In this document: positions 22,027 through 34,106 of the stretch, one piece after another
Layout: each line of letters opens with the position of its first letter
How positions within the stretch are numbered: position 1 is the stretch's first letter
NCBI GenBank assembly: GCA_032718475.1
Contig: JAUCBJ010008389.1
Span: 62,001-126,000 of the forward strand
Direction of reading: 5' to 3'
From: Nemertoderma westbladi
Lineage: Eukaryota; Animalia; Xenacoelomorpha
DNA: 64,000 nucleotides
Notes under the pieces: model-generated
Seen by the model: only the letters and a program-made list of their open reading frames with translations
Database searches by the model: none
Told to the model about the DNA's origin: nothing
Made by a program: the position numbers and the translations under genes

Positions 22027-25000
22027 GTAGGTAGGTGTACGTGTAGGTAGGTGTACGTCTAGGTAGGTGTACGTGTAGGTAGGTGTACGTGTAGGTAGGT
22101 GTACGTGTAGGTAGGTGTACGTGTAGGTAGCTGTACGTGTAGGTAGCTGTACGTGTAGGTAGGTGTACGTGTAGGTGGGTGTACGTGTAGGCAGGTATAC
22201 GTGTAGGTAGGTGTACGTGTAGGTAGGTGTACGTGTAGGTAGGTGTACGTGTAGGTAGGTGTACGTGTAGGTAGGTGTACGTGTAGGTAGGTGTACGTGT
22301 AGGTAGGTGTACGTGTAGGTAGGTGTACGTGTAGGTACGTGTACGTGTAGGTAGCTGTACGCGTAGGTAGGTGTACGTGTAGGTAGGTGTACGTGTAGGT
22401 AAGTGTACGTGTAGGTAGCTGTACGTGTAGGTAGGTGTACGTGTAGGTAGGTGTACGTGTAGGTAGCTGTACGTGTAGGTAGGTGTACGTGTAGGTAAGT
22501 GTACGTGTAGGTAGCTGTACGTGTAGGTAGGTGTACGTGTAGGTAGGTGTACGTGTAGGTAGGTGTACGTGTAGGTAGGTGTACGTGTAGGTAGGTGTAC
22601 GTGTAGGTAAGTGTACGTGTAGGTAGCTGTACGTGTAGGTAGGTGTACGTGTAGGTAGGTGTACGTGTAGGTAGGTGTACGTGTAGGTAGGTGTACGTGT
22701 AGGTAGCTGTACGTGTAGGTAGGTGTACGTGTAGGTAAGTGTACGTGTAGGTAGCTGTACGTGTAGGTAGGTGTACGTGTAGGTAGGTGTACGTGTAGGT
22801 AGCTGTACGTGTAGGTAGGTATACGTGTAGGTAGGTGTACGTGTAGGTAGCTGTACGTGTAGGTAGCTGTACGTGTAGGTACGTGTACGTGTAGGTGGGT
22901 GTACGTGTAGGTAGCTGTACGTGTAGGTGGGTGTACGTGTAGGTAGCTGTACGTGTAGGTAGCTGTACGTGTAGGTAGGTGTACGTGTAGGCAGGTATAC
23001 GTGTAGGTAGGTGTACGTGTAGGTAGGTGTACGTGTAGGTAGCTGTACGTGTAGGTAGCTGTACGTGTAGGTAGGTGTACGTGTAGGTAGGTGTACGTGT
23101 AGGTAGCTGTACGTGTAGGTAGGTGTACGTGTAGGTAGGTGTACGTGTAGGTAGGTGTACGTGTAGGCAGGTATACGTGTAGGTAGGTGTACGTGTAGGT
23201 AGGTGTACGTGTAGGTAGCTGTACGTGTAGGTAGGTGTACGTGTAGGTAGGTGTACGTGTAGGCAGGTATACGTGTAGGTAGGTGTACGTGTAGGTAGGT
23301 GTACGTGTAGGTAGCTGTACGTGTAGGTAGCGGTACGCGTAGGTAGGTGTACGTGTAGGTAGCTGTACGTGTAGGTAGCTGTACGTGTAGGTGGGTGTAC
23401 GTGTAGGTAGCTGTACGTGTAGGTAGGTGTACGTGTAGGTAGGTGTACGTGTAGGTAGCTGTACGTGTAGGTAGCTGTACGTGTAGGTAGGTGTACGTGT
23501 AGGTAGCTGTACGTGTAGGTAGGTGTACGTGTGTGTACGTGTAAGTAGGTGTACGTGTAGGTAGGTGTACGTGTAGGTAGGTGTACGTGTAGGTAGCTGT
23601 ACGTGTAGGTAGGTGTACGTGTAGGTACGTGTACGTGTACGTGTAGGTAGGTGTACGTGTAGGTAGGTGTACGTGTAGGTAGGTACGTGTAGGTAGGTGT
23701 ACGTGTAGGTAGGTGTACGTGTAGGTAGGTGTACGTGTAGGTAGGTGTACGTGTAGGTAGCTGTACGTGTAGATAGGTGTACGTGTAGGTACGTGTACGT
23801 GTAGGTACGTGTAGGTAGGTGTACGTGTAGGTAGGTGTACGTGTAGGTAGGTACGTGTAGGTAGGTGTACGTGTAGGTAGGTGTACGTGTAGGTAGGTGT
23901 ACGTGTAGGTAGGTGTACGTGTAGGTAGGTGTACGTGTAGGTAGGTGTACGTGTAGGTAGGTGTACGTGTAGGTAGGTGTACGTGTAGGTAGGTGTACGT
24001 GTGGGTAGGTGTACGTGTAGGTAGCTGTACGTGTAGGTAGGTGTACGTGTAGGTACGTGTACGTGTAGGTACGTGTAGGTAGGTGTACGTGTAGGTACGT
24101 GTACGTGTACAGTAGGTACGTGTACGCGTAGGTAGGTGTACGTGTAGGTAGGTGTACGTGTAGGTAGGTGTACGTGTAGGTAGGTGTACGTGTAGGTAGG
24201 TGTACGTGTAGGTAGGTGTACGTGTAAGTAGGTGTACGTGTAGGTAGCTGTACGTGTAGCTAGGTGTACGTGTAGGTAGCTGTACGTGTAGGTAGCTGTA
24301 CGTGTAGGTAGCTGTACGTGTAGGTAGGTGTACGTGTAGGTGGGTGTACGTGTAGGTAGGTGTTCGTGTAGGTAGGTGTACGTGTAGGTAGGTGTACGTG
24401 TAGGTAGGTATACGTGTAGGTAGGTGTACGTGTAGGTAGGTGTACGTGTAGGTAGGTACGTGTAGGTAGGTGTACGTGTAAGTAGGTGTACGTGTAGGTA
24501 GGTGTACGTGTAGGTAGGTGTACGTGTAGGTAGGTGTACGTGTAGGTAGCTGTACGTGTAGGTAGGTGTACGTGTAGGTAGCTGTACGTGTAGGTAGCTG
24601 TACGTGTAGGTAGCTGTACGTGTAGGTGGGTGTACGTGTAGGTAGCTGTACATGTAGGTAGCTGTACGTGTAGGTAGGTGTACGTGTAGGTGGGTGTACG
24701 CGTAGGTAGCTGTACGTGTAGGTAGGTGTACGTGTAGGTAGGTGTACGTGTAGGTAGGTGTACGTGTAGGTAGCTGTACGTGTAGGTAGGTGTACGTGTA
24801 GGTAGCTGTACGTGTAGGTAGCTGTACGTGTAGGTAGCTGTACGTGTAGGTGGGTGTACGTGTAGGTAGCTGTACGTGTAGGTAGGTATACGTGTAGGTA
24901 GGTGTACGTGTAGGTAGCTGTACGTGTAGGTAGCTGTACGTGTAGGTAGGTGTACGTGTAGGTAGGTGTACGTGTAGGTAGCTGTACGTGTAGGTAGGTG

Positions 25001-26984
25001 TACGTGTAGGTAGGTGTACGTGTAGGTAGGTGTACGTGTAGGTAGGTGTACGTGTAGGTAGGTGTACGTGTAGGTAGCTGTACGTGTAGGTAGGTGTACG
25101 TGTAGGTAAGTGTACGTGTAGGTAGCTGTACGTGTAGGTAGGTGTACGTGTAGGTAGGTGTACGTGTAGGTAGCTGTACGTGTAGGTAGGTGTACGTGTA
25201 GGTAGCTGTACGTGTAGGTAGCTGTACGTGTAGGTAGCTGTACGTGTAGGTAGGTGTACGTGTAGGTAGGTGTACGTGTAGGTAGCTGTACGTGTAGGTA
25301 GGTGTACGTGTAGGTAGCTGTACGTGTAGGTAGCTGTACGTGTAGGTAGGTGTACGTGTAGGTAGCTGTACGTGTAGGTAGGTGTACGTGTAGGTAAGTG
25401 TACGTGTAGGTAGGTGTACGTGTAGGTAGGTGTACGTGTAGGTACGTGTACGTGTAGGTAGGAGTACGTGTAGGTAGGTGTACGTGTGTGTACGTGTAAG
25501 TAGGTGTACGTGTAGGTAGGTCTACGTGTAGGTAGGTGTACGTGTAGGTAGGTGTACGTGTAGGTAGGTGTACGTGTAGGTAGGTGTACGTGTAGGTAGG
25601 TGTACGTGTAGGTAGGTGTACGTGTAGGTAGGTGTACGTGTAGGTAGGTGTACGTGTAGGTAGGTGTACGTGTAGGTAGGTGTACGTGTAGGTAAGTGTA
25701 CGTGTAGGTAGGTGTACGTGTAGGTAGGTGTACGTGTAGGTACGTGTACGTGTAGGTAGGTGTACGTGTAGGTAGGTGTACGTGTAGGTAGGTGTACGTG
25801 TAGGTAGGTGTACGTGTGGGTAGGTGTACGTGTAGGTAGGTGTACGTGTAGGTAGGTGTACGTGTAGGTAGGTGTACGTGTAGGTAGGTGTACGTGTAGG
25901 TAGGTGTACGTGTAGGTAGGTGTACGTGTAGGTAGGTGTACGTGTAGGTAGGTGTACGTGTAGGTAAGTGTACGTGTATGTAGGTGTACGTGTAGGTAGG
26001 TGTACGTGTAGGTACGTGTACGTGTAGGTAGGTGTACGTGTAGGTAGGTGTACGTGTAGGTAGGTGTACGTGTAGGTAGGTGTACGTGTAGGTAAGTGTA
26101 CGTGTAGGTAGGTGTACGTGTAGGTAGGTGTACGTGTAGGTACGTGTACGTGTAGGTAGGTGTACGTGTAGGTAGGTATACGTGTAGGTAGGTGTACGTG
26201 TAGGTAGGTGTACGTGTAGGTAGGTGTACGTGTGGGTAGGTGTACGTGTAGGTAGGTGTACGTGTAGGTAGGTGTACGTGTAGGAAGGTGTACGTGTAGG
26301 TAGGTGTACGTGTAGGTAGGTGTACGTGTAGGTAGGTGTACGTGTAGGTAGGTGTACGTGTAGGTAGGTGTACGTGTAGGTAAGTGTACGTGTAGGTAGG
26401 TGTACGTGTAGGTAGGTGTACGTGTAGGTGGGTGTACGTGTAGGTAGCTGTACGTGTAGGTGGGTGTACGTGTAGGTAGCTGTACGTGTAGGTAGGTGTA
26501 CGTGTAGGTAGCTGTACGTGTAGGTAGGTGTACGTGTAGGTAAGTGTACGTGTAGGTAGGTGTACGTGTAGGTAGGTGTACGTGTAGGTACGTGTACGTG
26601 TAGGTAGGTGTACGTGTAGGTAGGTGTACGTGTAGGTAGGTGTACGTGTAGGTAGGTGTACGTGTAGGTAGGTGTAAGTAGGTGTACGTGTGGGTAGGTG
26701 TACGTGTAGGTAGGTGTACGTGTAGGTAGGTGTACGTGTAGGTAGGTGTACGTGTAGGTAGGTGTACGTGTAGGTAGGTGTACGTGTAGGTAGGTGTACG
26801 TGTAGGTAGGTGTACGTGTAGGTAAGTGTACGTGTATGTAGGTGTACGTGTAGGTAGGTGTACGTGTAGGTAGGTGTACGTGTAGGTAGGTGTACGTGTA
26901 GGTAGGTGTACGTGTAGGTAGGTGTACGTGTAGGTAAGTGTACGTGTATGTAGGTGTACGTGTAGGTAGGTGTACGTGTAGGTA
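22027..26984. repeat. 16-bp satellite (GTAGGTAGGTGTACGT)n, left block (~5 kb)
   Basis: Near-perfect 16-bp periodicity with point variants (gtagct, gtaagt, gtgggt, gtacgt). Confidence 0.98.
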
Positions 26985-28971
26985 CTACTAGGATCGGCAT
27001 GCTGCATTGCAGCTGCATTTTTAAGAATGCTGTGCCGGCTTGTCAACAAAATTGCACCGCCACAACTCCCTATCACCCATGACATTTGCTAGATCATCCG
27101 CATCTTTAAGGCCAGTGTCCTTTAAGATGCGTCTCAAGAAAGTCATGGGCTGTCCACCATGCTTATTCACTCCATGAGGCTGCCAAAGTACAAGATTATG
27201 CACTGGCTGGTCCTCACGGCGAAAGCAATGTCCTGCAAAGCGGAGGCGATTTTGTTCTAGTGTCAAGCTTGGGGGAACCAATGAGACACCTCCAATGTTA
27301 TATAGTGTCTGGTTGGAGATGTGTGCATTGTACTTGACACAATGTACCCGGCGTAGCATTCTTGTGAATGTGCCATCCAGAGATTTGGTGTCCTCAGCAG
27401 TTAGAGCCCAGCATGGACTCCCGTAGAGGAGTACTGGAACTACTGCTGCTCTAAATAATCGGACCTTAAGTTTCCGATTAATTCTAGGTGACTTCCAAAT
27501 CCTGGAAAGCCTATTCAAGGCTGCCCATGCCTTTCCCTTACGTATTCGAAGGTCCTCACCTGACTTCCGGATCCATGATCCCAGGTAACAGAAGTCGTCC
27601 ACATGCTCAAGCATACCATCCTTTGAGCTTATGCTCATCCGATCAGAGACTTGCTGAGGACTTTCAAAGTTAACTGTCAGAATTTTGGTCTTTCTGGAGT
27701 TAATAAAAAGACCAACACTAGAAGCAGCATGTTCTAATGAGCTGAGGAGCCGCTGGGCTCCCTCTAATGATTCTGAGAGTACTCCTAAGTCATCAGCAAA
27801 GTCTAGATCAGTTAGGTACTTGGCAGGATTTCCTCGACTTCTGGAGCCAGTAGGTGGTGTTATCATCACCCCATCATCATTATGATGATCTAAGGACATG
27901 CGTAGAACATAGTCAACCACAATAATGAACAAGAATGGTGCAAGTGTGTCTCCTTGGAGGACGCCCCATAACACTTCAAATGGTTCTGTGTCACCGTCAA
28001 CAGTAGACACAAATGTTGTCGAACCATCGTATACTGATCTGATTGCTGCAATAATTTCATCAGGAATCCCATATAATGAAAGTATGCTGAACATACGTGA
28101 GCGAGAGACTGAATCAAAGGCCTTGAAGAAGTCAACAAAGATAACAGCCAGATGCCTGTCTTTCTTTTTTGATAACTCTTCAATTATCCTTCTAAGTGCC
28201 AAAATGGGCTCCATGGTCCCACGACCTTTACGGAACCCATTCTGATTTCCACGTAGCAGTCTCTCAATGGGATCCCTGATGCGATTTAATAGAATTCTAT
28301 TGTATAGTTTTGCAGCAATCGAGATCAATGAGATTCCCCGAAAAGAACCATAGAGTGTTAGGTTGCCCTTCTTGGGAACTGGCACCAACTTATTTGTTTT
28401 CATTTCTTGTGGGACTCTTGTTGTACGGTACATGTCTACTATGATGGGATAGATGAGCTTTAAACACTCAGGTATTTTAAAGACCTCAGGGGGAACACCA
28501 TCTACTCCACTGGCACGATTGGTCTTAATGCTCTTTGCTGCAGCCTTCACTTCTGCAAAGGAGATATCGCCAATGGGAATATCTGGGAGTACAGACTCAG
28601 ACACTTTTACTTCTATAAAGTTATCAGGCAATACCCTGTCATTATTGAGGAGCTTTTCAAAGTGGGCTTTCCAACCATTGAGGCGATCGGCTGGTGATTC
28701 AGCCTTCACCTTGATGGTTGGTTGGCTTTTCCGCCCAGTAAGCAGATTGATCGATTTCCATGCCTGGGATGATTGCCTGCTGTCGTCAGCATCATTGATG
28801 GCATCAACCTGTTGGTTTATTAGCTCCTGTAGATTAACAGAGTACTGCCTGTTCAGGGACCTAGATGCAGCTTTAACTGCATTCTTGGCCGCTGTAGTCT
28901 GTTTGAGTCGGGACTCTTTCTGCGCCTTATGAAGGTCATTTCGGCACTTCTGAATTTTGTTGTCAGTCCAG
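26985..28971 (-). mobile_element. Young 5'-truncated RTE-like non-LTR retrotransposon inserted in the satellite
   Basis: Frame is open from the 5' junction (~28970) to the stop at 27021. Very short 3' UTR and (TAG)n tail. Candidate 13-bp TSD GTACGTGTAGGTA at 26972-26984 and 28972-28984 (weak, as the flank is repetitive). No endonuclease domain retained. Confidence 0.9.
27021..28709 (-). CDS. Non-LTR reverse transcriptase (N-terminally truncated)
   Basis: Motifs ASGVDGV, PVPKKG, FRGISL, QNGFRKGR, FVDFFKAFDSV, GVLQGDTLAPFLF, DLDFADDL, FCYLGS. Confidence 0.93.
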   Translation of the reverse strand: MKAESPADRLNGWKAHFEKLLNNDRVLPDNFIEVKVSESVLPDIPIGDISFAEVKAAAKSIKTNRASGVDGVPPEVFKIPECLKLIYPIIVDMYRTTRVPQEMKTNKLVPVPKKGNLTLYGSFRGISLISIAAKLYNRILLNRIRDPIERLLRGNQNGFRKGRGTMEPILALRRIIEELSKKKDRHLAVIFVDFFKAFDSVSRSRMFSILSLYGIPDEIIAAIRSVYDGSTTFVSTVDGDTEPFEVLWGVLQGDTLAPFLFIIVVDYVLRMSLDHHNDDGVMITPPTGSRSRGNPAKYLTDLDFADDLGVLSESLEGAQRLLSSLEHAASSVGLFINSRKTKILTVNFESPQQVSDRMSISSKDGMLEHVDDFCYLGSWIRKSGEDLRIRKGKAWAALNRLSRIWKSPRINRKLKVRLFRAAVVPVLLYGSPCWALTAEDTKSLDGTFTRMLRRVHCVKYNAHISNQTLYNIGGVSLVPPSLTLEQNRLRFAGHCFRREDQPVHNLVLWQPHGVNKHGGQPMTFLRRILKDTGLKDADDLANVMGDRELWRCNFVDKPAQHS

Positions 28972-29034
28972 GTACGTGTAGGTACGTGTACGTGTAGGTA
29001 GGTGTACGTGTAGGTAGGTGTACGTGTAGGTAGG

Positions 29035-29261
29035 TGTGGTAGTTCCCGTACGGAACAGTTTTGATACAGTACGGAACTATGTTGGTGGTGGTGTAAAAAT
29101 ATATACTGAGATAGTTAGCTTGATTAGGTCGTTGGACACAGATATGTCTGAGGCAGTACAATAGGCAGTACAGCAGTAATGAGAGATAACTGGCTAGTCT
29201 CAATAAAATAACAGATATTTTATTACTTAGTTTTCTCGGGTTATTACCAAATAACCACACA
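29035..29261 (+). repeat. 5' LTR
   Basis: TGTGGTAG...CCACACA, repeated at 34107-34333. Confidence 0.95.
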
Positions 29262-29273
29262 TGGCGCTGCGAG
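29262..29273 (+). promoter_or_regulatory. Primer-binding site (tRNA-Ser-like, inferred)
   Basis: TGGCGCTGCGAG directly after the 5' LTR. TGG pairs with tRNA CCA; the tRNA identity is inferred. Confidence 0.7.
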
Positions 29274-29400
29274 TTACCGGTATACTGCCTACCTGCTGAC
29301 CTGCAACCCTCGCACACGCGTTTAACCGCGTCTATCCGTCGGAACGTGGAGTAAACCGACTACGACTTTTTCCGTCTACGAGCTCACTATATCCGGTACG

Positions 29401-32400
29401 ATGGCCGAGGTTCAACCCACCGCTGGAACTCCTCCAGTTTTAGATTGGACTCAACTCTCTCCTGAGGATATGGAACAACTCAACCGGCAAGATCTGATCG
29501 GGTTTTGCATCTCTGCGGGTATTCCAACCGAGGGGAGACCATCCACTGCGTCACTTCGGAAAAAACTCCAGGCTCGGATCGCCGAAATGGAGGAAGATTC
29601 GGATACGAACGAAGACCCCTTTCGCGAACAGCCTACTGAGGCTCAACCTAGCCTCGCTAAACTTATGCAGTTTATGGCGCAGCAACAGGAGGCGGCTCAA
29701 CGCCGCCTAGAAAATCAACAACGAGAATACCGGGAAGAGCAACGGCGTTCAGAAGAAAACGCTCAACGCCGCCTGGACGCGCAACAAGCCGCAGCAGATG
29801 CACGATTCCAGGCCCTTCTCGTTCAGTTTGGTCAACCTCAACCAAACCTCGCGGTACCGGGAACTCCCCAACCGCCTGCGATCCCCATCCGACGGCGAAC
29901 GATCGACATCGGCAACCTAGATAAACTCGATACCTCGATCGAACTTCCCACCTTCCGTCGCTGGCGGGAGACATGGGACAGTAACCTTCGCCGTCAGAGC
30001 GCGGAGAATTGTCCGCGTGGTGAACTCGTACATACTCTTATTACTGCATTGGGTCCTGGACTTACAGATGTCGTTAAGCGCACTCTGGAACTCGATCCAA
30101 ACGATGACGCGGTCGATACAACCGCCATCCTCGATAAACTGCAACAGCACCTCCGCGCCAAGAGGAGTATTGCGCTCGATTGTATGCAGTTTCACAAACG
30201 CCGTCAGGGCGCCAACGAAAACTTTGACGATTTTTACCGGGCCCTCAGACATCTCGCCGAACTCGCTGAACTGTGTACTGAATGCCGCGATAATCAAATT
30301 GTCACTCAAATTCTGGTCGGTTTATACGATACCGAAACCCAGCAAGATCTGCTGAAAATACTCCCCAGACCCACTCTGGAGGAAACTCGAACTCTATGTC
30401 AGAACTACGAATCCAGTGCAAAGAATACGCAAGTACTGGGTAGCTGCCGCTCCGTTGGGAAGATCTCCCAGTACAGGCAGCGGGGGGGCCGCTCTCCAAT
30501 GTCGCGCCCAAATGTCGGAAACCAACATCCCGGAAGGTCTTCCGGCCAACCCTCTACCCCGGTACCAGCTCCTAGATTTAATACATCCAAAGGGGATCGG
30601 GATCGCGCCCGCAATTGCGGAAACTGTGGGCACGAACAACATCTAGGAGCAACCTGCCCCGCCCGAGGGGTAATATGCGATGGGTGTGGTAAAACTGGCC
30701 ACTACAAAAAGATGTGCAGATCTGGTGGTTCAGCAAAGAAACCCGCCAGGTCTTTTGCCAACACAGTTCTTTCTCGTACTTCAATCAACCGCTTGGAGTA
30801 CAGAGATGCTGTATGTAAACTCGATTACCTTGCAGTATCTCTCGCAAACCCCTATACTGGTAAACTATTAGGGCAAATCCAACGTGCGCTTCCCGACAGC
30901 GGCGCGGCGGCAACTCTTCTAAATGAAGACCTCTTCCACGATTTGGGGGGAAACAAAAAGGATCTACTCCTATCCTCTAACATGGATTTGATCGCCGCCG
31001 ATGGTCTACCAATAGAAACTAACGGTCGCTTACCCGCAAGTATTTCCGCCGGAAATAATACCGCGAGAACTGAAATTGTGATTTCACCAGAAATCCAGGG
31101 GCTGATCCTTTCGAAATCGGTTTGTCAGGATCTGGGGATCCTCCCTGCAGGTTTTCCCCAGCCCGCCTCGGTCTCCACGGTAACCATATCCCCGTCGTCC
31201 ATATCCCACGTAGATGCATCTTCGGCAACGGCTCTCCTCAACCGTTACGGGGATTGTTTTGATGATGAGGCCGCCCCTCTATCAATAATCCCGGGGCCGC
31301 CCATGCACATAAAACTCAAAGAGGGGGCAACACCTCATCATGTTAGGGGCGCAAGGCCAATCGCTATGGCCCTACGGGAGGAGGTAAAAACCCTCCTCGA
31401 CAGTTTAGTGCGCCGCAATATTATACAGCGAGTAGAGGAACCCACAGACTGGGCCCATCCACTAACTGTCACCCGCAAGCCCAATGGCAAACTCCGACTT
31501 TGCGTGGACTTGCGCGGTCTAAATTCTCAAGTTGAGCGACCCTTTTACCCAACACCGAATCCTCGCCTCAAAATCGCGGAGATTTCCCGAACTGCGAAGT
31601 TCTTTTCTGTGTTTGACGCCGCCCATGGCTACTGGCAAGTCCCCCTAGATCCTGAATCCCAGTTATTAACTACCTTTGTCACACCATGGGGGCGGTACAA
31701 GCACACACGGAGCGTGATGGGTTTAATCTCATCTGGAGATGAGTTTAATCGCCGGGGCGACATAGCGCTGGAAGGTATTCCCAGGATGTTGAAAATCGTT
31801 GACGATGTACTACTGTATGACGACACCCTGGAGGAACACCTGGCATCAATCCAACGCTTCTTGGAGCGCTGCCGCTCCAAGGGGATCTGCTTACACCCAG
31901 ACAAGGTCCAGCTCGCCAAATCCCAAGTTAAATTTGGGGGCTACCTCGTGGGAGCAGATGGAATCCGCGCTGATCCCACCAAACTGTCCGCCATCGCCTC
32001 CTTCCCCCGCCCCGAGACCCTCACCGATCTCCGCTCCTTCATTGGACTGGTGGAGCAATTAGCTCCATTCTCTGCCGAGATATCGCAGATGCTCCTGCCT
32101 CTGCGCACGCTATTGTCAGCGAAATCTCCATATATCTGGAACTCAGACCACTCACGAGCCTTCGAGGCCACAAAGGTTGCACTCACTTCGCCCCCAGTAC
32201 TCGCCCCTTTCGATATTTCCCTCGAAACAAAACTAGTAACCGACGCCTCCAGGCTCAAAGGGCTTGGCTATGCCCTTTTACAACGCCACGGAACAGACTG
32301 GCGCCTCATTGAGTGCGGGTCTAGGTTCATTTCTCAGACGGAGTCCCGGTATGCGACTGTCGAGCTGGAGCTGCTCGCTGTCGCATGGGCAATTAAAAAG

Positions 32401-34074
32401 TGCCACAACTACCTCCTAGGACTCCCCATCTTCACTTTGGTGACGGATCACCAGCCTCTGGTGACAATCCTCGACCGGAAAAACTTTTCCGAGGTGGAGA
32501 ATGCCAGGATTCAACGGCTGAAATCTCGACTGGCCCCATACAACTTCCTGACCAGCTGGGTTAAAGGGAAATCTCACTCCATCCCCGACGCGCTATCACG
32601 ATCCCCCGTCGATCAGCCGACACCCGCCGATCTCATCGATGACGGCGAAACATCCTTCTGCCTCCACTCCGTCACTCTCTCTACAGTTTCCGCCATCTCC
32701 GGGTTCGACCATCTTGAAGACCCCATCCTCCAGGATCTCGCCACAATCGCTCGTGCTGATCCCGCATACATGGCCCTCCATGCAGCAGTACATGATGGAT
32801 TCCCCCTCCATACACCCAACGACCCTGCAGTCGGAGCATATTGGTCGCTGCGGAATGAGCTCACCACAGATGACGACCTCATCCTCTACGGCGAGCGCAT
32901 CGTTATCCCTGCGGCAGCCCGCGCCAGCACCCTGGAACGTCTCCATAGTCCCCACCAGGGGATGGATAAATCTCTTCGGCGGGCCCGGCAGTGTATTTAC
33001 TGGCCGGGTCTCACCAACGATATCCGCCAATCAGTTGCCAGCTGCCCATCCTGCCTTCGATACAGGGCCACCCCTCCGAAGGAAACCTTCCTGGAGGAAC
33101 CACCACCATCCCGGATCTTCGAGGACATCTCGGCCGACTTTTTTCAGCTAAATGGTCGCCATTACATTGCCCTCGTTGACCGATATAGTGGGTGGCCGGA
33201 TCTCAACTCCTTCTCCGGCGCCCCTTCCGCCGCCAACACCATTAACTCCCTAAAAAAGTGGTTCTCGCGCTATGGGATTCCGACCCGCCTGCGGTCGGAT
33301 GGCGGTACCCCCCTTACAGACGGTGCCACGGTCAGCTTCCTCGCTGACTGGGGTGTAACCCCAGTCACTTCATCTGCTGAGTATCCTCAGGGCAACGGAC
33401 ATGCCGAAGCGGCCGTCAAGGCTTTGAAAAGCCTTCTCGACAAGACTGGCAGCCGCCCCGACTCTCCAGCGTTCGCTGAAGGCCTCCTGGCTCTCAGGAA
33501 CAGCCCGCGGGAAACCGGATTATCCCCCGCACAAATCGTCTATGGCCACCCCCTCCGGACCCGCGTTCCAGCACACCATAGTGCCTTCCACGCTGACCAC
33601 CAAACCACCAGACGCCATCTGGATACGCTTACACCTCCCCTACGCCGCGCTAAAATCGCCGATTATAATAAGGCGGCACGTGACCTACCACCTCTTGCGG
33701 TCAATGACCCCGTTGTGGTCCAGGACCCCCGCTCCCATCGTTGGGACCGCAAGGGGACCGTTGTCGAGGCTGGTCCACATCGGCGCTATACCGTCCGGAC
33801 ACCCTCTGGCCGTACCATTTCTCGGAACCGCAGATTCCTCCTGCGTGACTCCACATCCCTACCACTCACCAGCACTATTCCTGCACATCCAGTGGTTCTG
33901 GACAACCCTGCGACGCCAGGGTCCCCTGATCCCCAGGCTGTGGCGGACGTCGACCCCACCCAGCCCCCAAAAACTGTATCTTGGGACCCCCAATTAACTC
34001 AGACCCGCGCAATCCGGCAGCGCACCCCCAGCCGATACCCTACTCGGCAGCGACGCCCTCCTCGGCGCCTATAA
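29401..34074 (+). CDS. Gag-Pol polyprotein (gag, 2x CCHC, protease, RT, RNase H, integrase), 1557 aa
   Basis: CGNCGHEQH...C and CDGCGKTGHYKKMC; LPDSGA; LRLCVDLRGLN, FDAAHGYWQ, IVDDVLLY; TDASRLKGLG, VTDHQPL, PDALSR; HSPHQG...CPSC, SADFF, LRSDGG, NGHAEAAVK. Confidence 0.97.
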   Translation: MAEVQPTAGTPPVLDWTQLSPEDMEQLNRQDLIGFCISAGIPTEGRPSTASLRKKLQARIAEMEEDSDTNEDPFREQPTEAQPSLAKLMQFMAQQQEAAQRRLENQQREYREEQRRSEENAQRRLDAQQAAADARFQALLVQFGQPQPNLAVPGTPQPPAIPIRRRTIDIGNLDKLDTSIELPTFRRWRETWDSNLRRQSAENCPRGELVHTLITALGPGLTDVVKRTLELDPNDDAVDTTAILDKLQQHLRAKRSIALDCMQFHKRRQGANENFDDFYRALRHLAELAELCTECRDNQIVTQILVGLYDTETQQDLLKILPRPTLEETRTLCQNYESSAKNTQVLGSCRSVGKISQYRQRGGRSPMSRPNVGNQHPGRSSGQPSTPVPAPRFNTSKGDRDRARNCGNCGHEQHLGATCPARGVICDGCGKTGHYKKMCRSGGSAKKPARSFANTVLSRTSINRLEYRDAVCKLDYLAVSLANPYTGKLLGQIQRALPDSGAAATLLNEDLFHDLGGNKKDLLLSSNMDLIAADGLPIETNGRLPASISAGNNTARTEIVISPEIQGLILSKSVCQDLGILPAGFPQPASVSTVTISPSSISHVDASSATALLNRYGDCFDDEAAPLSIIPGPPMHIKLKEGATPHHVRGARPIAMALREEVKTLLDSLVRRNIIQRVEEPTDWAHPLTVTRKPNGKLRLCVDLRGLNSQVERPFYPTPNPRLKIAEISRTAKFFSVFDAAHGYWQVPLDPESQLLTTFVTPWGRYKHTRSVMGLISSGDEFNRRGDIALEGIPRMLKIVDDVLLYDDTLEEHLASIQRFLERCRSKGICLHPDKVQLAKSQVKFGGYLVGADGIRADPTKLSAIASFPRPETLTDLRSFIGLVEQLAPFSAEISQMLLPLRTLLSAKSPYIWNSDHSRAFEATKVALTSPPVLAPFDISLETKLVTDASRLKGLGYALLQRHGTDWRLIECGSRFISQTESRYATVELELLAVAWAIKKCHNYLLGLPIFTLVTDHQPLVTILDRKNFSEVENARIQRLKSRLAPYNFLTSWVKGKSHSIPDALSRSPVDQPTPADLIDDGETSFCLHSVTLSTVSAISGFDHLEDPILQDLATIARADPAYMALHAAVHDGFPLHTPNDPAVGAYWSLRNELTTDDDLILYGERIVIPAAARASTLERLHSPHQGMDKSLRRARQCIYWPGLTNDIRQSVASCPSCLRYRATPPKETFLEEPPPSRIFEDISADFFQLNGRHYIALVDRYSGWPDLNSFSGAPSAANTINSLKKWFSRYGIPTRLRSDGGTPLTDGATVSFLADWGVTPVTSSAEYPQGNGHAEAAVKALKSLLDKTGSRPDSPAFAEGLLALRNSPRETGLSPAQIVYGHPLRTRVPAHHSAFHADHQTTRRHLDTLTPPLRRAKIADYNKAARDLPPLAVNDPVVVQDPRSHRWDRKGTVVEAGPHRRYTVRTPSGRTISRNRRFLLRDSTSLPLTSTIPAHPVVLDNPATPGSPDPQAVADVDPTQPPKTVSWDPQLTQTRAIRQRTPSRYPTRQRRPPRRL

Positions 34075-34106
34075 CTATATAAACTCCTTTGGAGCTCGAG
34101 GGAGGG

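Noticed and set aside
22027-26984. GGTGTAC core resembling budding-yeast telomeric repeats
   Set aside because: Short match, interstitial position and metazoan-type TE context; treated as coincidence unless the repeat is found at chromosome ends.
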